A stretch of 63,414 nt of DNA, filler included, from Octopus bimaculoides (Eukaryota): assembly GCF_001194135.2 (NCBI RefSeq). It is 7 parts of 6 records of this genome, joined end to end, with 100 filler letters (N's around TTAATTAATTAA, not from the genome) between each part and the next. Parts side by side here need not be neighbours in the genome. Positions count along the whole stretch, not along the records: positions 1 to 24,464 come from NC_068990.1; positions 24,565 to 27,460 come from NC_069000.1; positions 27,561 to 32,041 come from NC_068983.1; 4 more parts are not named here. One strand, given 5' to 3'. A program made the translations under genes and the position numbers. The notes beneath the pieces are model-generated. The model was given only the letters and a program-made list of their open reading frames with translations, was not told the origin of the DNA and did no database searches. Of the stretch, positions 15,771 through 28,838 are shown piece after piece. Numbering within the stretch: the first letter of the stretch is position 1; the number at the start of each line of letters is the position of its first letter.

Positions 15771-15827
15771 TAGAGATAGAGAGAGAGAGAGAGAGAGAAA
15801 GATAATTAGGGTTATGTTTCCTTTGAC

Positions 15828-16414
15828 TGTAGAATAATCCAATGGAGAGAGGTCCAGTCTGCAAGACAGCTACTCAATCCAGAGAGGGTGATATCCTCTA
15901 GTTTGCCAAAGGAAATTTGTCCATAAGTATGCATTTGCTGAAAATTTCTTATCTGAAATTCAGTGTGTGATGGAATTCTTAAAACTAAAAAGAATATACA
16001 ATTTTTCAACTACACATACATTGCATTTCTTAGATCCATTAAGATATTGCATGGATTTCTCCACTTGATTGTATGTGGTGTGGAACTGGTCTTCAAACCC
16101 CATATTGGCTAACTATTTACAAAAGCAAAGCTACTGAGCTGGCTAGCACATATGAGGTATGAAGACCAACTCCACACCACATACAATCAAGTGGAGAACT
16201 ACAGAGATATCCATGACATATGTTAATGGATCTAAGAAATGCAACTTGAGCATAGCTGAAAGATCAGTCATTTTGGATCTAAGAATTCTACTGCACTACT
16301 GAATTAAAAATGCAGGCATATGGACAAATTTCTTTTGGCGATGGAGAACACCACCCTCTGTGGATTGAGTAACAGTCTTGCAGACTGGACTCCTCTTTGA
16401 TGAATTATTCTACA
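15828..16414. mobile_element. About 590-bp foldback (palindromic MITE-like) element
   Basis: 15828-15935 is an imperfect reverse complement of 16305-16414, and 16015-16110 of 16140-16250. The centre is near 16125. Confidence 0.8.
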
Positions 16415-16706
16415 ACTAGCTTTATTATGGCATTTCAGTCAAAGGGAACATAATTCTAATTTACTTGTTTTTCCATTTTTTTTCACCCTTCCACTTTTGC
16501 ATTTACCTTTGTTTATTCTCGTGGTTTCTCTTGTTTCAGCAAAAGATCTGTAAGTTGAATAGGCCATATGCTCAGAACCTTAAGATTACATGGAGACACA
16601 AGATGTGGTATAAAAACCTGCCTAGACCTCCCACTATAATGCATGAGACTATTAGTAGCTCATATCTTTATATTGTGTACATTAGATGATATTTATATCC
16701 CATTGG

Positions 16707-16791
16707 ATGGAGTATTACTGTTGTTGATCTTAATGGAGTACTACTGTTGTTGATCTTAATGGAGTACTACTGTTGTTGATCTTAATGGAGC
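16707..16791. repeat. 26-bp tandem repeat, three copies
   Basis: Unit ATGGAGTACTACTGTTGTTGATCTTA. Confidence 0.9.
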
Positions 16792-17621
16792 TAAAAACTA
16801 CTTATATATGTATGTGTAGTATAGAGGCAATTATGCAGATAAACAAATTAGACATCAAATACAATATACATACACATGCAAAATGAGAGAAAACAGAGGT
16901 GGAAACTTTCAGGTGATAAATCAATCTTCGAACTTCTCTGCATTAAGATCTGAAATGCAAGATCTCTATCCTGATGATGGAGGCTTGTCTCATCCAATGT
17001 TAATTAATAGATATGGCCATATATTGTGAGGAACTAATTCTACCAACATTATTATGGATCACCAAGCCCCCCAAAACAGCTGTTGGACTTATAGGACATT
17101 TTTTCCACCCCTTTAATTTTACTGTCATTTGTACTCTGTGTCAGTTGGACATAAATATCTATATATTTATAAGAATTCAACTGAAAGTTTCCACCTTTTA
17201 TTTCTCTCATTTTGAATGTATACATATTTTGCATTTGATGTATTTTATATATTTGATGTGTCTAATTTGCTTATCCCAATAATTGCTTTTATACCCACTC
17301 AACTTCATCCCTCTTATAACCTTTCTTTACCTTGTGGAATGTTCCTCTGTAAAGACATCAGAGTCTAAGTTCGAATCCTTTGAGCACTACTAAGTGTCTT
17401 CTATATGGAGAATCTTTGGATTTCATTTGTGAACTATATATGTAGTATATATGTACACTCGCATGTGTGTGCATACACACACACACACAATGGACTTCTT
17501 TCAAGGATTTTGTTGGCCTGAGACTACAGCAAGAGACTTGCCCAAGGTGCCATTTAATAAGACTGAGCCCAAAACCATGTAGTTGGTGAGCTAACTTAAC
17601 ACATAGCCATGACTGTGCTTT

Positions 17622-17656
<35 letters not shown>

Positions 17657-19319
17657 ATATACACACACACACACATAAATAATTTTAGCAAACCATATAA
17701 ATTTATAAATAACCAAATTAACATTGATGAAAGAGTAATCATATGTTCAATATGTGTTAACACTTATTAAAAAGTTTCATAAAAGTACAAAAATAACCAT
17801 AAACAAAAGCACCATCCCCTGATTCCAAACAGTTTAGCCACACCTACTCTCTATAAACAAGCAGCCACTCCTTACTAGATGGCTAATAATCACCAGAAAA
17901 CAACAGCTGCTTATACCAAATATTTATTTATTTATGTGTTTCAGCCAAGTGGCTGCGGTCATGCTGGTGCACCACCGTGAGAAATATATATATAATATAA
18001 AAACTATAGCCATTAGCACTTGAGCAATCACTCAACCAGTTAATAATAGTCAATTCTCCCTCATTTCACAAAAAAAAAAACCAACTCTAGACAATGTAGT
18101 CCTCGATTAAGAAATAGGGCAGGATGGTCGAAGTTGGAATACTTATGATCACAGGCCTACTCAATAAGGGATGATGTAGAGTTACACAATATACTATCAG
18201 TTTGCAGTGTTTAGCTGTACAGGGTGCAGCAGAAAAATGTCACATATTTTACACAGCTTATGGAATTGGAGAAGCTAGACTGACGGTATGGGGGTCTTCA
18301 TGTAGATAATATTTTGAACATTTTTCTTTCTGGTTACCATCAAGGTTTGGACTGTTTGATGTTGAAAGGTTTCTAAAATTGGGGAAGTTTTTTTTGTTGT
18401 ACCCTATAAAATTAGATACAAATTCTGCTTTCACTTCTCATTAGTGGCTCCACTTGTTTATTTTCATCTTGAAGACAACTACAGATATGACCAAAACTGT
18501 TATCATTTCCAATTAAACATGTTAGAGATTATGAAATGTATACCATTAAAATCAATTAAAGGACTTTCTAGTTTGTTAGGTCCAAACGAGCATCAATGAA
18601 AGACTATAACCCTAATAACACATAAAAAGAAGGTTTACTGCCTAAGTTAATTGTCAGATTCATACACCTCACTGGGTCATCATGACAATACACTAAGACT
18701 CAGAAACAACTATAAATATCTAAAGAGCAGTGTCTAGATTTTACTACAGTTATAACAAGCTTTAATTTCTGAAACACTAATTCTAAAGACAGCTGATACT
18801 TAGCAAAGAGTGAACTCAATTTGTTACAGCAAAAATACAATTTAAAACATAAAAGAGACCACTTTATAGTTTGACAAAGGTTATTAATATTCTTTGGATT
18901 ACTGTAATCCTAATTAATGATACAAAAATACCATACAAAAGTAGCCAACACCGGAGCTATTGAAGGTGCCTTTTTGTGGTCATTCAACCTGTTAAGATAT
19001 AATACCCAAATGTCACCTAAATCACATACCTATCTGAACAAAGGACAGATGGGATAATGTCTTGGGTACACTATGCCTAGAAAAGAAAAAGCAAGATGAT
19101 TAAAGCTGGAACATGTTTGATTGCAGGCCTACTTGGACTAAAACAGCAACAAAATGATACTTTTCATATTTTGATAAGACTATGGAAGTTAGGATAGTGA
19201 AAGTTGGTAAGATTCTTAGGACACAAACGAAACTGGACACTATGATGGTTTCCCCCGCCCCAACAGGGTATGAACAAATCGAACTTGAAAGTAATGAAAA
19301 ACTAAGTTGATTTCGTTAA

Positions 19320-19610
19320 GATCTGAACTGAAAATCATTCAACGTCCATTTTCCTTGCAAGCATGAGTTGGATAGTTTAATTAGAGCTGGTAAGGCCAGG
19401 GACAGCACCAGACTATTGTCTGTTTTGGCATGATTTCTACACTGGATGCCCTTCCTAACGCCAACCACTCTGTAAAGTATACTGAGTGCTCTTAACATGG
19501 CACCAGCATCAATTCTGCTGTGGTGGACGAGTCTTGAGTACAGCAATGCCCCAGATATCTCGGCCCATAGTTATTTTCGTAAGGCTCAGTGTCTTGAGAT
19601 CGGCCTTGAC
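19320..19610 (+). mobile_element. Dispersed repeat family E (SINE or RTE tail-like)
   Basis: Core ctggatgcccttcctaacgccaaccact is shared with 11755-12090 and 9095-9190. Confidence 0.7.
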
Positions 19611-20684
19611 GGAAATTATCTAATCCAGTACTTGCTTGTTAACAGCGACTCCAGTCACCCTTAATTATTTTTAACTTAACGCACACGGCTGCGGAATTAC
19701 CAGTAATCATACTGAATTAATCTAGTATATCACTGATAGCTATTTGCTATCAGTATATTACTGATAGCTATTTTCGTGAACGAAAAGGATCAAGAGATTT
19801 TATTCCACTATGTTTGTCAACTTCATACTTTAACAGCCACAATAATAAATCCACTTTTTTCTCGTCCACCTTATTCCCTTTGCTTTAGGAAAAACAAAAA
19901 CTTGATAGAAATAGATCAACACTTCACATTGATCGTATGAGTAAGCGAGTGTAGTAAGAGTTTGATGGCTTCCATATTGACTTGTTCCGAGAAAGATTTA
20001 CAATTTTACATTCACATAAAAAAAATCCAAAAAAATCGGGAAGCCGTTGGATTTCCACTTGCCTGGTCTCAGAGAAGTACCCGCAATGGCAACCAGGGTT
20101 AAGTGGCTTTACTACAAACTATCAAAAATATCGATCGGTTTTCGTCTGTCAGTTTAGCACTATACAATATATACATGTACACACACAAACATACATGCAA
20201 TGTGTGTGAGTATGCATAGTTTGTCAGTTTAACGCCACACAGTTAATGATATGTACAATGATTCCACTTGAGAGGTTATAGTTGATATCAAACAGTGTAT
20301 TACTGGTATTTTAAGGAAAGCAAAGCTGAAGTAGGGGCGATTTACATTTAGAAAAGCAATAAAAGCAGACAGCGAAACCATTATTATTTAGTTCATTCAA
20401 AACAATTGTGATTAACTGAAAACAAAATGAAAAATGTCCCATAAACGTGTGAAATTGTTGCTTGTTCAAAGATTGCATTCAATTGAGAATTTTTATGAAA
20501 TAAAACTTATGAATCTAACAAACACCAATTACTGCAAGTAAGTAATAACAAAAGGAATGGAAAGAGGAAGAAAGACAGGGAGTGGGAACCCTTGTGTTTG
20601 TAGTAAAACGCTTCCGTATATAGAAAAGGTTTTATAGAGAAAAATACTTGGAATTCAACAGCGACCATAAGTCTCTGCCTTATA

Positions 20685-20715
<31 letters not shown>

Positions 20716-21855
20716 CACACGTTATTGGTGTTTTAAATAGTAATAACTACAACATATACATACAGTAAAACTATATACAAATCTGTATTTAGTGAAGTGT
20801 TAAAATGCATACTTAAACTGTTAATATTTAACGATTTCACTCACGTCATTAGAAAATGCATGAACATTACAACTACTCAAAACCCTGTCCTTAAATGAAT
20901 AAAAAAAAAAGTGGCGGAGTGAAAGAAAGTTGGTATCTAGTGAAATAATAAATGAGAATTAGAGATAATTTAAGATTATCTGAAAACTTGACAATGTCTG
21001 AATCAACAGTGTAGAAATCGCATTGATTTTTCTAATGGATGTCTATCATCTCAGTGCTGTTTGATTTATTTATTCATTACGCCACACAATATATCATCAA
21101 CAGTAGTTATTGGGAGAAAACAAGATTAAATATATTTATCTACGTTGGTGTTTTAACACAAGTAGAGAGGATGAGTGGTGATTGAACGAGGGTACCTGTA
21201 TCTTGTTAAATATACACACACACAAACAGGAACTAAATATAAAATGAAAATGCTCGATTCCTCTCTACAACTAATAGTTTTAGTAGGAAGGAAGGAAATC
21301 AATTCCGCTGTATATTCCAAAATATTTGATTAAAAAAAAAAAAAAAAAANNNNNNNNNNNNNNNNNNNNNNNNNNNNNNNNNNNNNNNNNNNNNNNNNNN
21401 NNNNNNNNNNNNNNNNNNNNNNNNNNNNNNNNNNNNNNNNNNNNNNNNNNNNNNNNNNNNNNNNNNNNNNNNNNNNNNNNNNNNNNNNNNNNNNNNNNNN
21501 NNNNNNNNNNNNNNNNNNNNNNNNNNNNNNNNNNNNNNNNNNNNNNNNNNNNNNNNNNNNNNNNNNNNNNNNNNNNNNNNNNNNNNNNNNNNNNNNNNNN
21601 NNNNNNNNNNNNNNNNNNNNNNNNNNNNNNNNNNNNNNNNNNNNNNNNNNNNNNNNNNNNNNNNNNNNNNNNNNNNNNNNNNNNNNNNNNNNNNNNNNNN
21701 NNNNNNNNNNNNNNNNNNNNNNNNNNNNNNNNNNNNNNNNNNNNNNNNNNNNNNNNNNNNNNNNNNNNNNNNNNNNNNNNNNNNNNNNNNNNNNNNNNNN
21801 NNNNNNNNNNNNNNNNNNNNNNNNNNNNNNNNNNNNNNNNNNNNNNNNNNNNNNN

Positions 21856-21887
<32 letters not shown>

Positions 21888-23499
21888 GTGTGGGGGGGGG
21901 GGTCTCTCTCTCTCTCTCTCCCCATATTTAACCCCCAGAAGACTTTTAACACCACTGACAACATATTATTGGCAGTAAAAATAAATCAGTGAGAAACGTT
22001 ATTTACCATATCAGCCGTGTCACCTCAAATAAAAGATCTGTGTCTTTCTGTCACCCGCTGTCCAAAATATAGATATACACGTCGGTGAATGCGGCAGATT
22101 TATCGTGGCAAACCCTTCAAGGCCAGCACTGTCATCTTGCACCTCTTATGCGGAAATACTTATTACGCAGGTCAAAAACAACACGGAAGTAGCTGACTGG
22201 ACGCAAAGGCGACTTTCACTGGCTTTCTTCTACGGAAATCTTTACTTGATAAAACATTGTAGGCAAAGGAGTTATGGAGTATTTTGTCTTTGATCATTAA
22301 TGATACATTTCAATTACTTAGTGATATTTCTATGTGATATATACTACATTCAATATTACATATTTATATAATAAGTATATTTATAGTGAATGTTTACTTT
22401 TTATATCGCTTATGTTGAACCATATTTTTATTTTCTTCTTCCCTCGCCACCGCAATTCAGTCAGTAATTCATTTACGAAGGTTTCGATTCTCTTGATATT
22501 ATGTCATTTACATTTATTATATTTACATCGTACTCTGCTTTATGCCGTTGCTCGAACAAAATCGTCATTCTTCTTTAATTTATCTCACTAAATTAATAAT
22601 TATATTTTTTTCGATGTTAAAAACATTTTTTCCTCAAAATTATTCAAATAGGATATTGAATTTTTTGGACTATGATTAAGAGAATATCAATTTATAACGT
22701 TACTACGTGTGTGCTCACTAATGAAGTAGACTTACAACTAAAGGCGTTCCAGCTTTGACAATCCGGCTTTAGTATATCTAGAGCTACATTATCCAATGCG
22801 ACCTTCGTTATTTTAAGGCTACGGCTAAGAGAAAGTTGGCTGCTATTTCTAGTCGATCGACCGTATAGAAGTTGTGTTATTTATTTATGTTTATACTAGA
22901 TGGCGTCTATTTTAGTGAAAAAGGACAAGATTTACAAAAGTAAACAAGAAAATAGTTGAAATGGAAAAGAAGTGAGTAAGTAAACGAAAAAAAAAATAAA
23001 GACGAATGTACACTCGCTCATAGACTGTAACAAAGGCAATGGAGGACCCCTTCAAAATAAAATAAAAAAAAGGTTGAAGCAACCTTAAACACGGTATTAC
23101 CTCGATATTACCGGGTTTTGGAGGTTGTTATGGGGAAACAAATTTGACAACAAAATTATACAAGTTAAGGTTTTAAATTTTATTTTTAATGAATTTTTAA
23201 GACAAGTGAAAAATTTGGGCAAAGCAAATTTATCTGTGTACGAATGTAGGAGAGCACACCTTGTCACTAAATACCGCTGAAACAATTACAACGAAATAGC
23301 AAAAAAACCTTTTTATTCGTTGTCAGTGAGTCAGTTGAAAATATAGAAGAGAATACCAAAGGAGACAAATATTGGAATATTTGAGAATTAAATATATTGA
23401 GAGTTTTTTCATATCCTATACCACCACTTTTTTTGTGTGTGTGTGTTCATTAGCTCCCAGTAACCTGAACATTTATCCTTAAACTTGGCTTCGAAGTGT

Positions 23500-24190
23500 T
23501 TGGTACAACTTGCAGGTTATTACTTGACAGGGATTGCAATGTGAATACTACATTGATTCCCAAAACAATACCTTGGTCAACTCCAAATGGGGAGCCACAG
23601 TACACGTATGTTAATTACTGCTCTGACTTGGGCTATTTCTCTGTAGAGTATGGATGTTCTGTCTTGGAGAGATTAACCCATGCTAAGAAAATTGATCCAA
23701 CATTGAACAACACCTACCACCTGATCACTGGTTGCATGCAACGCATCAACATGTCCTCACTAGCATCGCCCTTACTGTTATGAAATGGAAAGTGGCCTCT
23801 TGAGCCAAAATGACAAGGGCTACTAGTGATGTATGCCACCTACTCCATAAATGCCAACTCCAGGCCCAACAACTGAAGTCAAGAAGCTTCCTCAGCTTGT
23901 GGTGAACATGGCTCAAATGAGTGGGCTTACTCCTAGCATGCACTTGTAGGTAGGGGAATACAGCTGGGAGGTGGTACCTAACCTTAGTAGTAAATGTAAT
24001 CATGGATTTGTGGTGTGCATTGATATGGTAATGTCCTCTTAGAACATTTCTATATTTTTTAGGAAGAAAGATAGTGTCCATGGCCTGTTACAGGGCTCTG
24101 AGATGAGTGATGAAGTACCCAAAATGGAAACTGTTGTAGTGAAAATGGTACACTCTTTTCCCCATGACAAAGTAGTATGATACAGCCACT
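23500..24190 (+). mobile_element. Ingi/Vingi-like (I group) LINE ORF C-terminal relic
   Basis: Frameshifted SKWGA..., SVEYGCSVLERLTHAKKIDPTLNNTYHLITGCM and ..HLLH..QLKSRSFL resemble the AEYCAPVW..SAHA.KID..LN...R.ITG motif. The clade assignment is from memory. Confidence 0.6.
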
Positions 24191-24199
24191 ATAAAGTCA

Positions 24200-24464
24200 G
24201 TCAGTCATTGTAGGAGGTCAGAAGTAGTAGAGTCTTTTTGGAATTTGAGTTGTCGATGACGTAGAGTTTTTATGTGAGTTGCAAAGTTGAGTATTTTTTG
24301 TTGTAAAATTGAGTGTCAATCATTGGTGTTAATTGTTGATATTGTTTGTGTTTTTTTGTGTCTTCCCGTTGTGGAAAATGGAGAAAGCACCGGTAGGTAG
24401 CCAAAGTTATGCGGCCGCGACTGGAAAAGGAACAGAGGAAGGAAAGCTGGAAATAATCGAAATT
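24200..24464 (+). mobile_element. Possible 5' UTR and ORF1 start of a LINE, cut off by a gap
   Basis: T-rich leader, then ATG at 24378: MEKAPVGSQSYAAATGKGTEEGKLEIIEI. SYAAA resembles LINE ORF1 N-termini. Confidence 0.35.
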
Positions 24465-24564
24465 NNNNNNNNNNNNNNNNNNNNNNNNNNNNNNNNNNNN
24501 NNNNNNNNTTAATTAATTAANNNNNNNNNNNNNNNNNNNNNNNNNNNNNNNNNNNNNNNNNNNN
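24465..24564. other. Assembly join marker (N-run, TTAATTAATTAA, N-run)
   Basis: The identical 12-mer sits between N-runs at 24509, 27505, 32086, 51014, 57394 and 61630. Confidence 0.95.
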
Positions 24565-24603
<39 letters not shown>

Positions 24604-24635
24604 AATACATGTGTGTATGTGTTTGTCTTTGTGAA

Positions 24636-24681
<46 letters not shown>

Positions 24682-26065
24682 TGAGTGTGGAGAGAGGAAG
24701 GGGAGAGATATCTATAGAATCGTGACACGGCAACACAGACATTGTCACATTGTTCTCGCTCAGACAGACATTACGTCATCTGTCTGTCTACAACAGTTAA
24801 CTTCTCTCTGCGTTCATTTGTGTTTTCCAGTCACACTTTTCAATCCTTTTGGCCTCGTTATTATTGTTGCTTTTGTTTTGTCATTGTCACTATTTCTGTT
24901 GCAGCTCCTACTGTTGGAGTAGCTGTTGTTGTTGTTGTTGTTGTTGTTGTTGATAATACTGTTATTATATTGTTTACACTCAGACGAGCCTGTATTGAGC
25001 AGACCAATGATGAAAAGCATTCTATTCGTGACCTTCATGTCTTAATGTATATCTGGCTTTCGATCGTCCTTTGTATCCATTCATATTAGGATGATCATGG
25101 GTGAGGTGCAATGGCTTAGTGGTTAGGGTGTTGCACTCATTATTGTGAGATTGGGNNNNNNNNNNNNNNNNNNNNNNNNNNNNNNNNNNNNNNNNNNNNN
25201 NNNNNNNNNNNNNNNNNNNNNNNNNNNNNNNNNNNNNNNNNNNNNNNNNNNNNNNNNNNNNNNNNNNNNNNNNNNNNNNNNNNNNNNNNNNNNNNNNNNN
25301 NNNNNNNNNNNNNNNNNNNNNNNNNNNNNNNNNNNNNNNNNNNNNNNNNNNNNNNNNNNNNNNNNNNNNNNNNNNNNNNNNNNNNNNNNNNNNNNNNNNN
25401 NNNNNNNNNNNNNNNNNNNNNNNNNNNNNNNNNNNNNNNNNNNNNNNNNNNNNNNNNNNNNNNNNNNNNNNNNNNNNNNNNNNNNNNNNNNNNNNNNNNN
25501 NNNNNNNNNNNNNNNNNNNNNNNNNNNNNNNNNNNNNNNNNNNNNNNNNNNNNNNNNNNNNNNNNNNNNNNNNNNNNNNNNNNNNNNNNNNNNNNNNNNN
25601 NNNNNNNNNNNNNNNNNNNNNNNNNNNNNNNNNNNNNNNNNNNNNNNNNNNNNNNNNNNNNNNNNNNNNNNNNNNNNNNNNNNNNNNNNNNNNNNNNNNN
25701 NNNNNNNNNNNNNNNNNNNNNNNNNNNNNNNNNNNNNNNNNNNNNNNNNNNNNNNNNNNNNNNNNNNNNNNNNNNNNNNNNNNNNNNNNNNNNNNNNNNN
25801 NNNNNNNNNNNNNNNNNNNNNNNNNNNNNNNNNNNNNNNNNNNNNNNNNNNNNNNNNNNNNNNNNNNNNNNNNNNNNNNNNNNNNNNNNNNNNNNNNNNN
25901 NNNNNNNNNNNNNNNNNNNNNNNNNNNNNNNNNNNNNNNNNNNNNNNNNNNNNNNNNNNNNNNNNNNNNNNNNNNNNNNNNNNNNNNNNNNNNNNNNNNN
26001 NNNNNNNNNNNNNNNNNNNNNNNNNNNNNNNNNNNNNNNNNNNNNNNNNNNNNNNNNNNNNNNNN

Positions 26066-26296
26066 TTGTCCCCTCTGTGTGTAGCCCCTTGTGGGCAGTA
26101 AAGAAATAGGTATTTCGTCTGCCGTTACGTTCTGAGTTCAAATTCCGCCGAGGTCAACTTTGCCTTTCATCCTTCCAGGGTCGATAAATTAAGTACCAGT
26201 TACGCACTGGGGTCGATGTAAACGACTTAATCCCTTTGTCTGTCCTTGTTTGTCCCCTCTGTGTGTAGTCCCTTGTGGGCAATAAAGAAATAAGAG
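26066..26296 (+). mobile_element. SINE family A, tandem units
   Basis: Tail, body and tail arrangement with the same sequence as the 39.2-kb array. Confidence 0.85.
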
Positions 26297-26533
26297 TGAG
26301 ACCGGGCCGTATGAATTTAGCTGCTATTTCTTGCAGGTCAAACGGCGACGTTGAGACATTCTTGTCGGGTAGTTGCTGCTTTGGTTATCGCTGTTGTAGC
26401 TGCTGCTGCTGTTGATGGTGGTTCTGTTGCCTTTGTGTTGCGTAACTGTAACGGTGTCTCTACTGTCTCAGTAGTGGGGGAAAAGGGAGAGTAAGATGTA
26501 GAGGAAAGAAAGAAAGGGGAGAGAGAGGGTCAG

Positions 26534-26601
<68 letters not shown>

Positions 26602-27013
26602 GACACGCTGTAATGATTGATGAGAGCCGGGGTAGAGGTTGTAGAAAGGTAATGCGTGTGGGTAGGGAAGGGAGTATAAGAGAAGGAAGTGTATCATGTG
26701 AGACGTGGTGGACGCAGGTTGTAGTGAGAGGAGAGATTTGACGTAAGAGGAGAAAATGGGTTTTAATGAGACGATGAGTGAGTGAAAAAGTGCTGAGTAG
26801 AGAGAGGGGAGGGGAGGAGACAGAGAAGGGGAATTAGGGATACGGTGTAGTTTGAGGTAAGACAGAGAGATAGGAGCATGTAGTGAGAGAAAATAGAAAG
26901 GATTAAAAAGGGACAGTAAGGCTTAAAGAGAGAGGTAGCATAGAGGGAGGCAAAATTATTGAAAAGAGAGAAAGAGAGACATAGATATAGTTAGGCAGAC
27001 AGATAGATGGATG

Positions 27014-27062
<49 letters not shown>

Positions 27063-27304
27063 GATAGATGGATAGATAGATTGATTGATCGGTAGATAGA
27101 TAGATAGATTGATTGATCGGTAGATAGATAGAGAGAGAAGGGAAATTCTTGTGTGCGTGTGTGCTGGTACAATTGTGCGCCGCGCGTGAACGTGTAGTGT
27201 GGTAAGGAAGCCAGGTGTAGGAAGAGGAGTGAGAGGAGGATGAGGAATGTAGTGAGAGGAGGATGAGGAATGTAGTGAGAGGAGGAAACTACAATAAAAT
27301 AGAG

Positions 27305-27344
<40 letters not shown>

Positions 27345-27560
27345 GTGAGGAGAAAAGAGTGAGGAGAAAAGAGTGAGAGGAGGAATGTAAAAGGGAGGTG
27401 TGTTTATAAAGAGTGAAAAAATAGTGGAAGGATAGAGGGAGGGAGATAAGGCAGGAGGGGNNNNNNNNNNNNNNNNNNNNNNNNNNNNNNNNNNNNNNNN
27501 NNNNTTAATTAATTAANNNNNNNNNNNNNNNNNNNNNNNNNNNNNNNNNNNNNNNNNNNN

Positions 27561-27597
<37 letters not shown>

Positions 27598-27877
27598 TAT
27601 GTATATATATATATATATATACATAATGCAAATAATATGTGAGTATATGCATATATACGTACATGTATGTACATACCTACATTTACATGTATATATACAT
27701 GCATATCTGGGAACAGGACATCACAAAGAAACGTGGACAAACTGAAAAACGAGAACATAAACAGAGCATGGAAAACATACTTTTTTGGGGACAACGGTAG
27801 GAACACACAGGAAAACAAACATGCCACAAAGAGAACATTTCCTTAAGCGTTTCGAAGAGTTAGGGCAATATATATAT

Positions 27878-27932
<55 letters not shown>

Positions 27933-28802
27933 CGTGTGTGTGTGTGTGTGTGTATGTGTATTTATATATCATACATATATTATATTACATTATATATAGT
28001 CTATATATAATTTTACGTCTATACTTTTTTTTTTCAACGTTAAATATGCTTCCTCATAGACAAATTTTTGTCAGACAGGATCACATAAATATAAATATCA
28101 CTAACGTATGCGCTCCTTATGTTTTTTCATGTGTAACATGGCTATTCAACTTTTTCTCTGGCTTCGAAATAACATATTTTACATTATCATCATTTTCATT
28201 TTTAAGAAAATGAAAACGCTTGGTTTGATTAACAAGTTATATGATTATATATATTTATATCTTTTATGCGCCTCAGTCGTTGAAGAATGGTCATACCGGA
28301 GCAATGCCTCGAATGAATTCACACTAGTACTTGATATATATATATATATATATATATANNNNNNNNNNNNNNNNNNNNNNNNNNNNNNNNNNNNNNNNNN
28401 NNNNNNNNNNNNNNNNNNNNNNNNNNNNNNNNNNNNNNNNNNNNNNNNNNNNNNNNNNNNNNNNNNNNNNNNNNNNNNNNNNNNNNNNNNNNNNNNNNNN
28501 NNNNNNNNNNNNNNNNNNNNNNNNNNNNNNNNNNNNNNNNNNNNNNNNNNNNNNNNNNNNNNNNNNNNNNNNNNNNNNNNNNNNNNNNNNNNNNNNNNNN
28601 NNNNNNNNNNNNNNNNNNNNNNNNNNNNNNNNNNNNNNNNNNNNNNNNNNNNNNNNNNNNNNNNNNNNNNNNNNNNNNNNNNNNNNNNNNNNNNNNNNNN
28701 NNNNNNNNNNNNNNNNNNNNNNNNNNNNNNNNNNNNNNNNNNNNNNNNNNNNNNNNNNNNNNNNNTATATATATATGTATATTCGTACATATATATACAC
28801 AC

Positions 28803-28838
<36 letters not shown>

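Noticed and set aside
19728-19740. Near-match to the bacterial tetO core (TATCACTGATAG)
   Set aside because: A short match in AT-rich eukaryotic DNA with no vector context, so probably coincidence.
24509-24520. Recurrent TTAATTAATTAA motif (six copies)
   Set aside because: Always embedded between N-runs, so it is a scaffolding marker and not biological.
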